From Amphiscolops sp. MND2022 (lineage: Eukaryota): a DNA stretch of 64,000 bases. Where the stretch lies: positions 21,454,001-21,518,000 of the forward strand of contig OZ076409.1 of the NCBI GenBank assembly GCA_964187785.1. The letters run 5' to 3'. Both the position numbers and the translations under genes were made by a program. Below, piece after piece: positions 47,851-60,475 of this stretch. Each line of letters opens with the position of its first letter. Position 1 is the stretch's first letter. The notes under the pieces were generated by a model. That model saw only the letters and a program-made list of their open reading frames with translations, was not told the DNA's origin and ran no database searches.

Positions 47851-48673
47851 TGTTTCATTTGATCCTTCTTTCGGAAAAAAACACAAAAGTTGGCCAATAG
47901 TTATGTATTTTGTTGAAAAATGTATGGATACTCGTACTCACAGAAACATCTAATGCATGTTCACACTTCTTGTTGAAAATTGAAATGTTTGACACTTTTC
48001 TGTTCAAAAATTATTATTAAGAAACTTTTGCGTTAAAGATCGAAAAGTTCAATTCACCTAATCCGCCTTGTGTGTTAATTCCCTCTTGTTTTTGGTGATG
48101 TCTCGCATCGAACTACGGTATATTTATTGTCAATTGGTCAAAGACATGGTTGACTTCAAGCTTTGATCTCGAAATAACTTCTTTTCACAAAGACCTGACT
48201 GCTCGTCGATGCTTTCCTCAGTTTTAGTTTCTCCGCCATAAGCATGCCTGCCACTAAACAAGGGATGAAAAACTTGCCTCGAGCCTTATTCCGCACCGAC
48301 ATATGTCTAATTTTTTTATCACTATTCAATGATCACTGCAAAGTTTGTATTTTTGGGTTCATTCAACGCCGAAAAAACACTTTTGTCTTGACAAAAGTAT
48401 GGCAAGTAGTTAAGTCAATCGGTTCCTTCTCTATAGCTTTTCAACCGAAAAAAAATCCGAAAGTTGTTCAATGTATTCATTAAGTTGTCGAAAACTGAAT
48501 TGTTCTTTGTTAATTTTGGGAATTTGTATGCAAAATTTTTTTACACAATTTTTTTTTGTGCAAAGTTAACAATGTATTTCATACGTTCGAAATGGTGGGT
48601 TTGAAAAATAATACGAAAACATTTGAGAACTGGGAATTTCGAATATTCGGTCAAATTTGGACACTTTAGTGTT

Positions 48674-49053
48674 GTTAGTCGGCGCATTTTAACAAAATGA
48701 GCCTGACTATTACAGTGGCAATTTTTTTTTCGTCAGACAACATAATGTATGCGTAGTGGACACTTTTTCTACAGAACTACTGGACCGGGAAGCGGAAACG
48801 CATCTAAGTTAGTGCAAAGGGTCCCCCTTTCGTGTACTCAATTTTAACGTAAGATACAAAACCGGACGGGACTACAGGGCCCCCTTTGAACTTTTTTCGG
48901 CACCGTGCGACTTTTCCCCTTCAAGTTTTTTGATATTTTGCAACAAACTGGATTTTCAAAAAGTTGAAAGTGTCGCCCCTTTTTACAATTTTGAAAACAT
49001 TGAGCTTTTTGAGCCTTAGATATAGCGCCGACTTTAGACGTTCCCGCCTTGTT
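48674..49053 (+). mobile_element. HINE-like element copy
   Basis: TTAGTCGGCGC ... GCGCCGACTTTAGACGTTCCCGCCTTGTT. Confidence 0.65.
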
Positions 49054-50582
49054 CAACTATTTTGCGGTTCTTTAGAGTCAGTCTATCACTTACAAAATGT
49101 CTATGACTTCTCTTTGTAGCTGGTTTTCAGTTGTTGAACTCTTTGAACTGCTTATAATTTTCGAAGCCTACAAAAATTGTTATCAAATGGTCAAAAATTG
49201 GTCATTTTTGGATGTTATTGAGTAATTTTTGAGGCACTTTCCAACAAAACGTTTCGGATTTCTCCTCATTTTGGTGAAATAAAAATGTCCAAAAATCTTT
49301 ACAAATACATACATATCGCAACCAAGATTTTAGATTCTGTAGAAGTAGGGTATAAATTTTGAACATCGTAAATTTTAGAAAAGAACGAGCTTCAGTCAGT
49401 GTATTGACTCTCTAATCAAAATTCGCTGAACTCTAACCTCGAAATACATGGTTTTCTCATCTATGGTCACCTATATCATCATCGCTTCTCATTCGCGATC
49501 ATTGTGAAATCATGGATATCATTACATGATCATGGAATGATAATCGGCATAGTGGACCCATGAATAATGAATAGAAAGCCATGACCTGTAGACCAGGGAC
49601 AGCACCAACTCAAAGTTGGCAAAGTTTTCTGCAGGTTGTAATTTTTTTTCAAACTTAGTTTCTGTAGGGTATAAAAGAAGTAGTTCTCAAAGTCAGATGC
49701 TGTATGGTCTTCATGAAGATCTTAAGTATGTGTAAAATATTTGTGAACCACCTAGCTTACGCGGGTATTGGCCTGGCCAATACTCCCGTAAGATAGGTGA
49801 TTCACAATCTTGGCCGGGACCACTCAACACGTAAAAATTTTAGTGAATCGAAAGAACCCTCCTCTCAATATTTTGATCTATTGCAACAATATAAATCAAA
49901 ACTATTGAGGGTTTCTCCTTCATTATTTTCTTAATTTTGAGGGTGATAATTTAGACAATTGTTTGGTAAAACTTTTGTGGTAACGTTTGAGGAATTTTTT
50001 TCGATTTGTTTGTTTGAAATATGTTTTGAAACTTGAAAGTACTAGCGGTTTACCGGTTATCAAGTCCTCTCCGGTATCCGGCCGGATTTCGGAAAAAAAT
50101 ATCTTGTCCGGAATCCGTTCGGACTTTCAACAGAATCCGGTCGAATAATATCCTACCTATCTCACTTGCAAACTGTTCAGAACTGCCAAAATTTGAATTT
50201 ATGATTGGAAAATATGATGAACGTATGATAATTTTTTATCAATCAGGAGCAAATGTTTTTTGTCATGTACATTGTCCAACTCTGAAAACGGTCTTTATTG
50301 CTCTTAGTCTCGGAATACACTGTACTGCCCTGTCGGGTGGAAATTTTATGGTTCGCTGTACATCTAATAAGTACCATTTGTTCCCACACTTGTGAGCTGT
50401 CGCGAAGATGTGAAAAAATTTGACTCAAAAAAGTTGAAGTTCAACGATGATTAAATATCGTACTCTGGCTGTCAATTCAAATCGATTCGATTATCAAACA
50501 TTATCTATCGTTTTTAAACCAGTTTTCGAAAACCAAATTTCCCTTGAAATTGTTTCAATGGTAATTAAAAGCGTATATACAC

Positions 50583-50912
50583 CAGACTTTTGATACCGCT
50601 AATCAGCGAATTAGGGGGCCGCGCAGAATTTTTCAGCTATTCAAATCAGGGGCAACTAAAAGAATGTCCAAAATCAAAATTTCCTCCAAAAAACACGGAG
50701 TTTCAAAATGAATTTTGAAAAAGTCCAACACTTGTAAAACTCACACGGGATGAGAATATTTCTTGCAAAAATTGAATTGAGTTATCTTTTGATTTTGACT
50801 CTTACTTGAATTCAAACATTTAAAAGTTTGATGTAAAAGTTTTCCAGCGAAATAGCGATTTTGAAATAAGCGGTTTAGCGATTAGCAAAAAAATAGCGAT
50901 GTCAAAACTCTG
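50583..50912. mobile_element. hAT-type MITE (degenerate)
   Basis: TIRs CAGACTTTTGATACCGCTA/TAGCGATGTCAAAACTCTG; 8-bp TSD ATATACAC/ACATACAC (7/8). Confidence 0.6.
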
Positions 50913-53900
50913 ACATACACTGGCATTTTTAGTGTCATTAATTTTTATACTCAATATTATCATATAGTGAAAACAGTTTTTAAATGAAAAATGCAACAAC
51001 TCGAAGTATTTCCCATCTTTAGGTTACTGAACTTGCCCGAACCTGTAAAAATGTGAGAAAATGGTCGAAAATTACTTTAGAAGCTTTATAAGTACTATTT
51101 GTGATTCCGCCCTTGAATTATTTTTAATTACTGGGACTATACTTTTTAAAATGCACAGATAATAAGCAGCTAGGCCGGTGGGTATTATGACACATTCCAT
51201 CAAAAGCGGAGATAGAATCCTCACAATACGAGGGAACTCCTGCTCAATCCCCTGTAGACATACTTAATACCCATAATTACTTGACTCGATTTGCTGTAAA
51301 AGCTAATATAGTTATGGGAGAAAGCGTATTGACAAAGCGTACTCTATGCACAAACCGTTCTGCATTAACGTGCGTGTTTGTTCCTGGATGTTATGGAATG
51401 TAAAGTAATTTTGACTCCTTCCAACATTATAAGGTTTGCAAAAAAGTTCATGTTCTCAATGGAGGCTATTTTATTGCCTATGTTCGATTTTTTTGTGATT
51501 TTTTTCTTTTTCGTGCCTCGTTTCGCATTTCTTTCCCATGTCGAAAAATCGCTGAATGAGGCATTGGAAAAATTCCAACGTGTTTCTTGAAGAAATACAA
51601 TGCATTGCAATTTTTCCGAGCTATTGAACAACTGTTTTTTAATTAATACGAAGAATCTGAAACCGCTTGTTGGATCAATGCACTGAAGTTTTAATTAGAT
51701 AACAAAATTGATAAAAAATTCATTTATGAAGTTTTCGAACTTTTCCACATCATGGAGATCTAAGGGTATCTGCTCCTAATGCTACATGCTTCAGTTCTTA
51801 GAAATTAACAACCCCTTCAAATAAGTATTTTTTTGTTTTTGCCGGATCATAAGTTTCCACACGCCAAAATGAACATACAAACCTTTCTCCCTCAAAACAG
51901 CTGGAAAAATTAAAAAATTATAAGAGCTCATTTACATTGGTTTGATAATTCATGTTTACGTCTGTATTTATGAACCTTTCTAAGCATTATTGCGTCTTCT
52001 TGATTTTGGAATTTTTCCATTTGTGAAACCTTCAAACTTTGAAATGACTCATGCATGTTTTTGTGGCTTCTAATTTTTTTCCTACGAATTTAAAGTTTTT
52101 CTCTAAAATAAACTGAGCGACAAACTTTCCATCATTGCATGCATCGTTTGCTGTTCCTGAGTTCAATTTGACTATAAATAACTTTTTGCTGCTTGTATAT
52201 CAATTCAATATTTCATCGAAATTTGGGACCGAGGAAACTGAAACGTTCCAAAAAAACTTTTCACATATGTGATGAATTCGTGATCTTTGAGCTGTGCTGT
52301 CTTTATGGCAAAATGGACATTAAACAATGACACTACGATATGCAGTGGGTTCAACACTCTGACGGACGCAGTCGAGATGTGACATTAAAAAAACATAACT
52401 TGTTCGTAACTAGTTTGAAATGAACGTTTGCTTTCTACTTGAAGAACTCTTATCGCATTTCTTTCACCCTCGTTTTTTCTAGCCGTGCACTTTGCAGTTA
52501 GACGACCACCAGTAGTGAAGTGGGGGACGGTTGAATAGTGCTAAAAAGGAACACGTGGTTTATGTTTATGTAGCTGAAATAAACAACAATTGGAAAGAAT
52601 AATGAAGATACTAGTAGAAGCGAGGGGGGATCCAGGACATAGCACGCACGTGAAAGACTCACTGTGTTCCTAGATGTAAAGCAATGGACGTGACAGCTCG
52701 TTCACTCTTTCTACTTTTAGTCTTTTTACTCAAGTGTAGAAATTGTGTGCCGTTATTTTGAAGCATTCTCCATTTAAGTAAGAATTAGAAAGCATGTTTT
52801 AAAATTAAAATCAATCCTCCCCGCCGCAAGCATCTCTCTCTATCCATCCACTCTGACGTAGAACTAGTGTATTCATTTCTTCCGCCGCGCTCTCGAACAG
52901 CTAAATTCTATCCTCGCATCTTATATTCCATCTTTTTTCTCTCTTTGTTTCGCGCTTGCATGAAAAAGGAAACATGAGTCACGGCATTTTGTTCATATTA
53001 CTTTGACGGTCATCGTCTTACACATATATACTTTCAGTTTCACAGAAAAAAATATTGAAGATTTTACATTGGATGAAAATTGTAAAAAAATGTTGAACGT
53101 ATAGGTTGTAGGTAAGTTAAGTTGTAAGTTAAATTGGTTCTGTCAAGTAATATAAGAATGGCACGGGCTCCTTGGTTGCTTTTTTTTTCACTGGGAATAA
53201 TGAGAGCCCGTCCTCTTATAATTACCCCTTTTAGGAACTCCCTCGACACCTATGCATTATAATGCAATTCCATTGTTCGCCAAAATCTTGACCAGGATTT
53301 AATTTGAGTTGAAATTGCCAACATTACACGTAGACTTGTAACTGTTTCTTTTCCCACCCGCCCCCTGAAATTCAATTATCTATCCTTTCTCCATGTTGCT
53401 TTTCACTCGCGCTCTCCCAATTATTTGTGCCCTAGCCGTCCGCTACGGCCGGACGGGTGAAATAAAATAATTGGGAATTTAGTAATGAAATATTCAACAG
53501 CTCACGGTGCAGAGCGTCTAGTGCAGCATTTTTGCATTTATAACTCACCAGAATGCTTTTCTTTTTGGCCCATTTCGCACTATATTCTCTTTAGTTCCGC
53601 CGTAACGCCTTTATAAGTTCTCAAGCTCTTGGCTTGCGATTTTTTCAGTTACGACAGTTTTTTCTTGTTTGGTAGCGGTTGGACCAAGCAAAGGTTTCTC
53701 TAAATATTGAAGGCAGCATCTAAAGCCACCGAAAGATTAAAGCAAAGAAAAAATCCTATTCGTTTGAGCGAAAGAATTTCTTTGTTGATCAAACAATCGA
53801 TGGAATAAAAAGACTTACTTCAATGTAAATTAATGTTCCCGCGCTCTGCTCAAAAATGTCCCATCATGGGACTTTCTTTAATTGAACGCTAACAAAGACT

Positions 53901-54669
53901 GATAAAATAATTCCCCAATGCTGAAGAGACTCATTAATTATGAATATTGCCGCGAAATGCTTTTCTGTTCACAAAATTATCCAACTTTTTTGGACGGATG
54001 GACATCGAATTATTTTGCCCGTGAGGAGAAATGCAATTATTTTTTCCATCAACCTTACTTCTGGTGCTTTTGTTGGTCGCAAAATTGCAAAACACCAATT
54101 TTAGAAGCTGAATTTTGGGAATGCTGCATTAATGCACGTTCAGCAGGAAAAGGAAATTTATTAATTTTCAATATGCTCCCTATTTTAAGTTCAAAGCATG
54201 TAAATGTCTGCAGATTAAATTGCGCCAAGAAATGGATTAGCTGTAAACATGCAGCAGCAGCAGCAGCAGCATCAATGTTTTGTCATATTTTGGTGAACTT
54301 AGCAGTCTGCTGGACTCTAACAGATGCCAGAGAAGTACATATTTGTTTCAAATAGGCCTTGATGAGAAGACCGCACCAGAACTTTGACACCGCCACGCAG
54401 CAGACGCAATTGAATGTACATATAAGCAATGTGATTGGTTTGTGAGATTAGCGGCAACCAGAAAATGATCATATGATAATTATAAATAAGTTGTGATGAA
54501 TCCCGAAACCTTTAATTTAGCAAACTTTGGTGCGCATCATTAGAAACCCAGTATAGATCTTTTGAAGCCTATCTTTCGTTACGAGCGATACTGTTGTTAA
54601 CTAACTCGAATATAGCTCGTTTTTGTCATCAATTTTCATTCGTGTGTTGATTTTCGACTGTATTTTCAG

Positions 54670-54972
54670 CTACATCGCGAGTGAACCCTTCGGGTGCCGG
54701 TCACGACTTCGACTCAGCTACCCTTGGTAGGAGGTCCTTGGGTTTTCCCAACAACAACAACATACACAGGGGCTCACTGGGCTCCGGAGTCCAGAACAGG
54801 ATTAATGGGACACCATCCATGCAACAACAGCTGCTGTCTAACGGGGGCAGTCCCTCCCTTATCAACAATCACCTCCCCCCACCCCATCTCTCAGGTGTGG
54901 GAGGCGATGAACCCCCCGAGGAGATGTTCATGAAGTTCCCCCATAATGGCACGGTTTATGTACCTCCACCAG
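54670..54972 (+). CDS. Host gene exon 2
   Basis: TTTTCAG acceptor and CAG|GTAATA donor. Phase 1/1 and in frame with exon 1; Gly/Pro/Asn-rich. Confidence 0.65.
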
Positions 54973-55006
54973 GTAATATATTTCAAATGTTTTTATGCTC
55001 TATAAC

Positions 55007-55155
55007 CAGAGTTGGAACCGGGCCCGGGCATATTCAAGCCAGGCCCAGCCTGGCCCGGTCTATGGTTTTGAAACTCCTAATAAGATTTTTGTGAAATGAA
55101 TCCAATTCTTGTTCTACACCGATCGAACCACTGGTCCGACCCGGTTCCAACTCAA
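55007..55155. mobile_element. Small hAT-like MITE (degenerate)
   Basis: Inverted ends GAGTTGGAACCGG/CCGGTTCCAACTC; possible TSD matches 6/8. Confidence 0.4.
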
Positions 55156-55176
55156 CCTATGACAAGTAGATAAGTA

Positions 55177-55351
55177 CACTCAACTCCGCTTATAACGATT
55201 GCCCCGGGGACCGGCGTTTTTTAATCGTTATATCCGAATATCGTTATAGGCAAAAATCGTTATGTACTAGCATCGTGGCCGGGACCGTGAAACTCTATCG
55301 CTCTTACCGGAATATCGTTATAAACGTAATCGTTATAAACGCAGTTGAGTG
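55177..55351. mobile_element. Tc1/mariner-type MITE
   Basis: TIRs CACTCAACTCCGCTTATAACGATT/AATCGTTATAAACGCAGTTGAGTG, flanked by TA. Confidence 0.75.
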
Positions 55352-55737
55352 TACTCGGATTTGCAAGTAGAAGTATAGGGGAACCATGCAATACATTCTA
55401 AGTGCTTCATAAGTATTACGTTTGCTTTGCCTCAACAATGCGAGAAGCTATAACTTTGAGAATTCACTATTAATGACGGAGAAGACATTATGCAGAGATA
55501 ATTTTGGAAGATTTATTCAGATTTTTGACTTATCATGGGAAAACAGATGTGAGAAAAAACCAACGACTAGGCATGGTTTTGAAAGTACATGAAACTCGAA
55601 GGACAATGGCACTTTTTTCCGGGGTGATATTTGTTTTCGATGTTTTGTGTTTTGTGAAGAGATACTTGCATATAAAGCTGTGGTCCTGTTTTATATACCA
55701 TTAGAGGTGCATGTAGTTGTATGTTGTTGTGCAGCAG

Positions 55738-55876
55738 GCGACGACCGTGTGCAATATATTAAAGGTGCAGCTGGTGGCCCGGGAGGTCCCTCCAATGCCG
55801 TGTCCGCAGACGAGTACGAACTGGCCTCTGGCATCGGGGGAGGATCCATCATCTGGCCCAGCAACGTCACTCGCAG
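55738..55876 (+). CDS. Host gene exon 3
   Basis: Phase-1 CAGCAG acceptor (alternative NAGNAG start at 55735), in frame with exon 2. Encodes GDDRVQY...GSIIWPSNVTR and ends at a CAG|GTTAG donor. Confidence 0.55.
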
Positions 55877-56012
55877 GTTAGCACCCAGCGCCTATTACAA
55901 TTAGTCACCCATCTTTGTTCAGTGTATTTAATCACACTATAGTAATGCATAGTATAGTCAAGCCCAGTATGTATTGTAGTGATTTTTTTACAATTACGTC
56001 ATTTTGTACCCT

Positions 56013-58249
56013 GTTTTAGTCGGCGCGTTTTCCTTTTTAAGTAAAAATGCCCGACTATAACAGTGACGTTTTTTTTCTTCAAAACACATACCTCACACTG
56101 ATCGGTTCACATTAGAAACATTCCTGAAATCACTAAGGCCAAGTCCGGCCAATGCAAACTCAGTCCAAAGGGCCCCTCTTTCAGTTTTTTACTTTTTTAA
56201 CGTAACCTACAAAACGGGACGAAACTGAAGGGTCCCCTTTTCGATTTTTTTCGGCACTGTGCGACTTTTTTCGAAAATTTTTCAATGTCCTCAAAGGGTC
56301 CCCCTTCGAGTTTTTTTGATATTTTGCAACAGAATGTATGTTGATAAATCCAAAAGGGTCACCCCTTTTACATTTTTTGGCACTGCGACATTTTTCGAGA
56401 GAAAAAATTCAAATATTTCAAGTTTTCCAAAAAAAATGTTTTGCGCTTTTTGAGCCTTAGATATAGCGCCAACTTTAGACGTTCTCGTCTTGGTGTGTAC
56501 CCCATCTCTGGTGGAAAATTTACCTCTGTCTGGCATCTCATTTCTTCGCTTAAAAGCGCTGTGACATTACATAGTGTTCTTTGTGACATTGATCTTGTTT
56601 TTAGTCGGCGCTTTTCTTAGGAAAAGAGCCCGACTATTACAGTCACTCGTTTTTTTTTATTTAAGACAGACTCGAAGCGACGAACGTTAAAATTAACGTT
56701 CAACTACTAAATAAGTACTAAACTACTGGACCGCTAAAGGCAAACGGGAAGCGCATTCATTTACTTTTTCAACGTTACATACAAGCCCGGACGGGACTAA
56801 AGTTTCGTACCCCCCCCCTTTCGATTTTTTTTCGGCGCTGTGAGATTTTTTTCGAATTTTTTTTAATGTCCCCAAAGGGTCCCCCCTTTGAATTTTTGTT
56901 ATTTTGCTTCAGAATGCGTGTTTATAAATCAAAAAGGGCCCCCCTTTTACATTTTTCGGCACTGTGCGACATTTTTCGAGAGAAAAAATTCAAATATTTC
57001 AAGTTTTCCAAAAAAATGTTTTGCGCTTTTTGAGCCTTAGATATAGCGCCAACTTTAGACGTTCTCGTCTTGGTGTGTACCCCATCTCTGGTGGAAAATT
57101 TACCTCTGTCTGGCATCTCATTTCTTCGCTTAAAAGCGCTGTGACATTACATAGTGTTCTTTGTGACATTGATCTTGTTTTTAGTCGGCGCTTTTCTTAG
57201 GAAAAGAGCCCGACTATTACAGTCACTCGTTTTTTTTTTATTTAAGACAGACTCGAAGCGACGAACGTTAAAATTAACGTTCAACTACTAAATAAGTACT
57301 AAACTACTGGACCGCTAAAGGCAAACGGGAAGCGCATTCATTTACTTTTTCAACGTTACATACAAGCCCGGACGGGACTAAAGTTTCGTACCCCCCCCCC
57401 CCTTTCGATTTTTTTTCGGCGCTGTGAGATTTTTTTCGAATTTTTTTTAATGTCCCCAAAGGGTCCCCCCTTTGAATTTTTGTTATTTTGCTTCAGAATG
57501 CGTGTTTATAAATCAAAAAGGGCCCCCCTTTTACATTTTTCGGCACTGTGCGACATTTTTCGAGAGAAAAATTCAAATATTTCAAGTTTTCCAAAAAAAA
57601 TGTTTTGCGCTTTTTGAGCCTTAGATATAGCGCCAACTTTAGACGTTCTCGTCTTGGTGTGTACCCCATCTCTGGTGGAAAATTTACCTCTGTCTGGCAT
57701 CTCATTTCTTCGCTTAAAAGCGCTGTGACATTACATCGTGTTCTTTGTGACATTGATCTTGTTTTTAGTCGGCGCTTTTCTTAGGAAAAGAGCCCGACTA
57801 TTACAGTCACTCGTTTTTTTTTATTTAAGACAGACTCGAAGCGACGAACGTTAAAATTAACGTTCAACTACTAAATAAGTACTAAACTACTGGACCGCTA
57901 AAGGCAAACGGGAAGCGCATTCATTCACTTTTTCAACGTTACATACAAGCCCGGACGGGACTAAAGTTTCGTACCCCCCCCCCCTTTCGATTTTTTTTCG
58001 GCGCTGTGAGATTTTTTTCGAATTTTTTTTAATGTCCCCAAAGGGTCCCCCCTTTGAATTTTTGTTATTTTGCTTCAGAATGCGTGTTTATAAATCAAAA
58101 AGGGTCCCCCCTTTTACATTTTTCGGCACTGTGCGACATTTTCCGAAAGAAATTTTTTTTTCGAAAATTTCAAGTTTTTTTCCAAAAAAAATGTTTTGCG
58201 CTTTTTGAGCCTTAGATATAGCGCCGACTTGAGGCGTTCTCGTCTTGTT
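56013..58249 (+). repeat. Tandem array of four HINE-like elements separated by three near-identical ~105-bp spacers (period ~580-584 bp)
   Basis: The spacer GGTGTGTACCCCATCTCTGG... starts at 56492, 57072 and 57656. Confidence 0.9.
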
Positions 58250-59058
58250 CCTATACTCCAAACTATCACAAACTATGCGCAAAATTATTCATTATAAACA
58301 TTTTAATGGTGACCAAACTCCTGATTATAAAGGTTTATCTATCAAAACTTGAAAAAAAGTTTAATTAGTTGAAAAGATAACAGTTTTTGATACTTGGTAC
58401 CATTATATCCCGCTTAAATAGGATGTTTTGTCCCAATACCGGTACCATTCCACTGCTTCTCGAACCATATAATACCAAAAGTCGATCTAATAATTAATTA
58501 GGCCTCAGTTCTTAATTATGCCTTCTTGGGTTATTGGGTTATTAACCTCGTTCTTTATTGACACTAAATCCATAAATGTCAAGCTTCAATAATTAAACAT
58601 GTCACATAAGCTGCCACTTCAAACATTTTGTTTGTGATGTTATTGTTTCTGTGAGACCCGAGTTAGACTTTCCCATTTGGAGCGAATCTGCGATAGTGTG
58701 AAATTGGAGATAAAATCACAGCTAATCCTGTTTGTTTGTGGAATAAATGAGTCAGTGATCCTATTAAGCAGCTTCTACGCTTTTGTTTGTATGATACACT
58801 CCCTTGCCTGGAAGTCCTTCTTATACAAATAACCATTGGTCTCTCGGAAGAAGTGCCCAACTGGTAGAGTGGAGATAAAGTTTGTTTTCAGGCCTCAGGT
58901 CTAATTGCTCATTTCGCATTGTCAATTCTCTTACCATGCTTCACCTCTCCAGAGGTCCCAAATTGCCTGTTTGTTCAGTAGTACTCTTCAAACGGGATAA
59001 TCTTTAAATACTACAAGTTTGGAAGCGAAAATCGGGCATATTATATTCATGTTACGGC

Positions 59059-59440
59059 CAGTGAATTAGGTCGCTTGAAAGCGAAAGCGCCAAAGAAGCG
59101 AAAGCGACGTAATATCCGAATAAGCGCCGAATGCGACGAGTGAATTTTGCGCTTATCTGATTGGTCTGAAATTTTTAGCTATTTTGGTAAAAATATGCCC
59201 GACAGTGGCAACTTTTTTTGTACTGGGTGTTTCACCCGACACCAATGCAGTATCTTGTGGTAGTTTGTTTAAAAAAGGGAGTAACCGATTGAAATTTCCA
59301 AAAGTTCGAAATGTTAAGAAATTGCAGCTTTTGAAAACTTAAACTCGTTGGATCAGAGTTTTCTTCCAAAAGCGCCGCTTAAGCGTTAGCGGGTCAGTGA
59401 CAAGCGGTAAGTGCGTTTTTTGGTAAAACCTAATTCGCTG
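59059..59440. mobile_element. hAT-type MITE
   Basis: TIRs CAGTGAATTAGG/CCTAATTCGCTG and a perfect 8-bp TSD GTTACGGC. Confidence 0.85.
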
Positions 59441-59755
59441 GTTACGGCTATTACATGATTTGTTATATACCATCCGGACTCGTAACTCCAGGGTCATCAC
59501 TGGGCCATGACAGTTTTTGCCGTGATTGCCGTTGGACCATCGGTTGTGTAGATATACCTATGGTCCATCAATGGGAATCATTCCGTTTTTCTTGGAATAT
59601 AGGCAATTACCGTCAATCGTATTTTAAGCCCATAAACTTTAAATAAAATTGGCAAATGAAGGATGAAATGATTGATCCTACAGTTGGAGTTGCGATGAAT
59701 AATCAGCGAACATCGGTTGTGAGCTTTGGGTTGTCAAATATGAATGACCTATGTG

Positions 59756-60475
59756 CAGGGCTGGCAGTTTTACTCGGAGCAAAACGGCGAATTACTCGGG
59801 GTAATACTCGGGCATTTAATGTTTTTTACTAGCTAAATTACTCGATAAATACTCAGTGTTACTAGAAAAGTTGTTTCAAAACCTTGTTGAATTTACATAA
59901 AGAAACAAAAGTTCACGAATTGAGTCATTGCTTAAAGTCTGGCGCTCATCAGTGAGGAGTTTATTGTAGTACGAGAAGACGCGCTCAACAGAAGCAGAAG
60001 AAGGTAGCAAAAAACAATAAGTTTTTGCAATTGTTGCTAAATTTGGAAGTTCATCACTGACCGACATCCAAAAATCCAAAACTTGTTGAATTTCGGCCTT
60101 CAGGCTTTCGAAAGTGTCTCCCGCGGGACTAGACACAAATGTTCTTGCTTTTGCCCGGTAATGTAAAAATTCGGCCTCAGGTACTTTAGAAATTCCAGGA
60201 ATCTTCAAAGAATTTGGTCTAACAGAGAAGGAAAGAGATTTGCTGGGAACTAGAAACTGGACATCTTTAAAATATTGCAAGCCAGGGAAGCAACCGTTTT
60301 CGCCAAAGTATTTGAGATACTTGGACTCGGCAGAAAGAGCAGCTGTTGAAATTTTGCGTATCAGTTCCAGTTGCTCGGAGCTGGTAAAAGTTTCTGTAAT
60401 TTGATCCAAGATTTCCGTTAATGAATCTGCCAAGAGTTCTTTTTGAGAAACAATTTCGAAAAACACATTTTTCAA
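59756..60475 (-). mobile_element. Truncated hAT transposon: 3' transposase fragment plus terminus
   Basis: ORF 59876-60475 encodes a hAT dimerisation domain (DFWM..LPNLATIAK..LPSSASVERVFS..TDERQTL). Terminus CAGGGCTGGCA at 59756 with TTACTCG subterminal repeats. Confidence 0.85.

Noticed and set aside
51365..51631. LQET motif suggesting an APE endonuclease remnant
   Set aside because: A single short motif with no supporting context.
56259..58282. Repeated short ORFs (TSKVGAISKAQKAQ, LRFLSLRYSA etc.)
   Set aside because: These are translations of the HINE 3' end in several frames, not genes.
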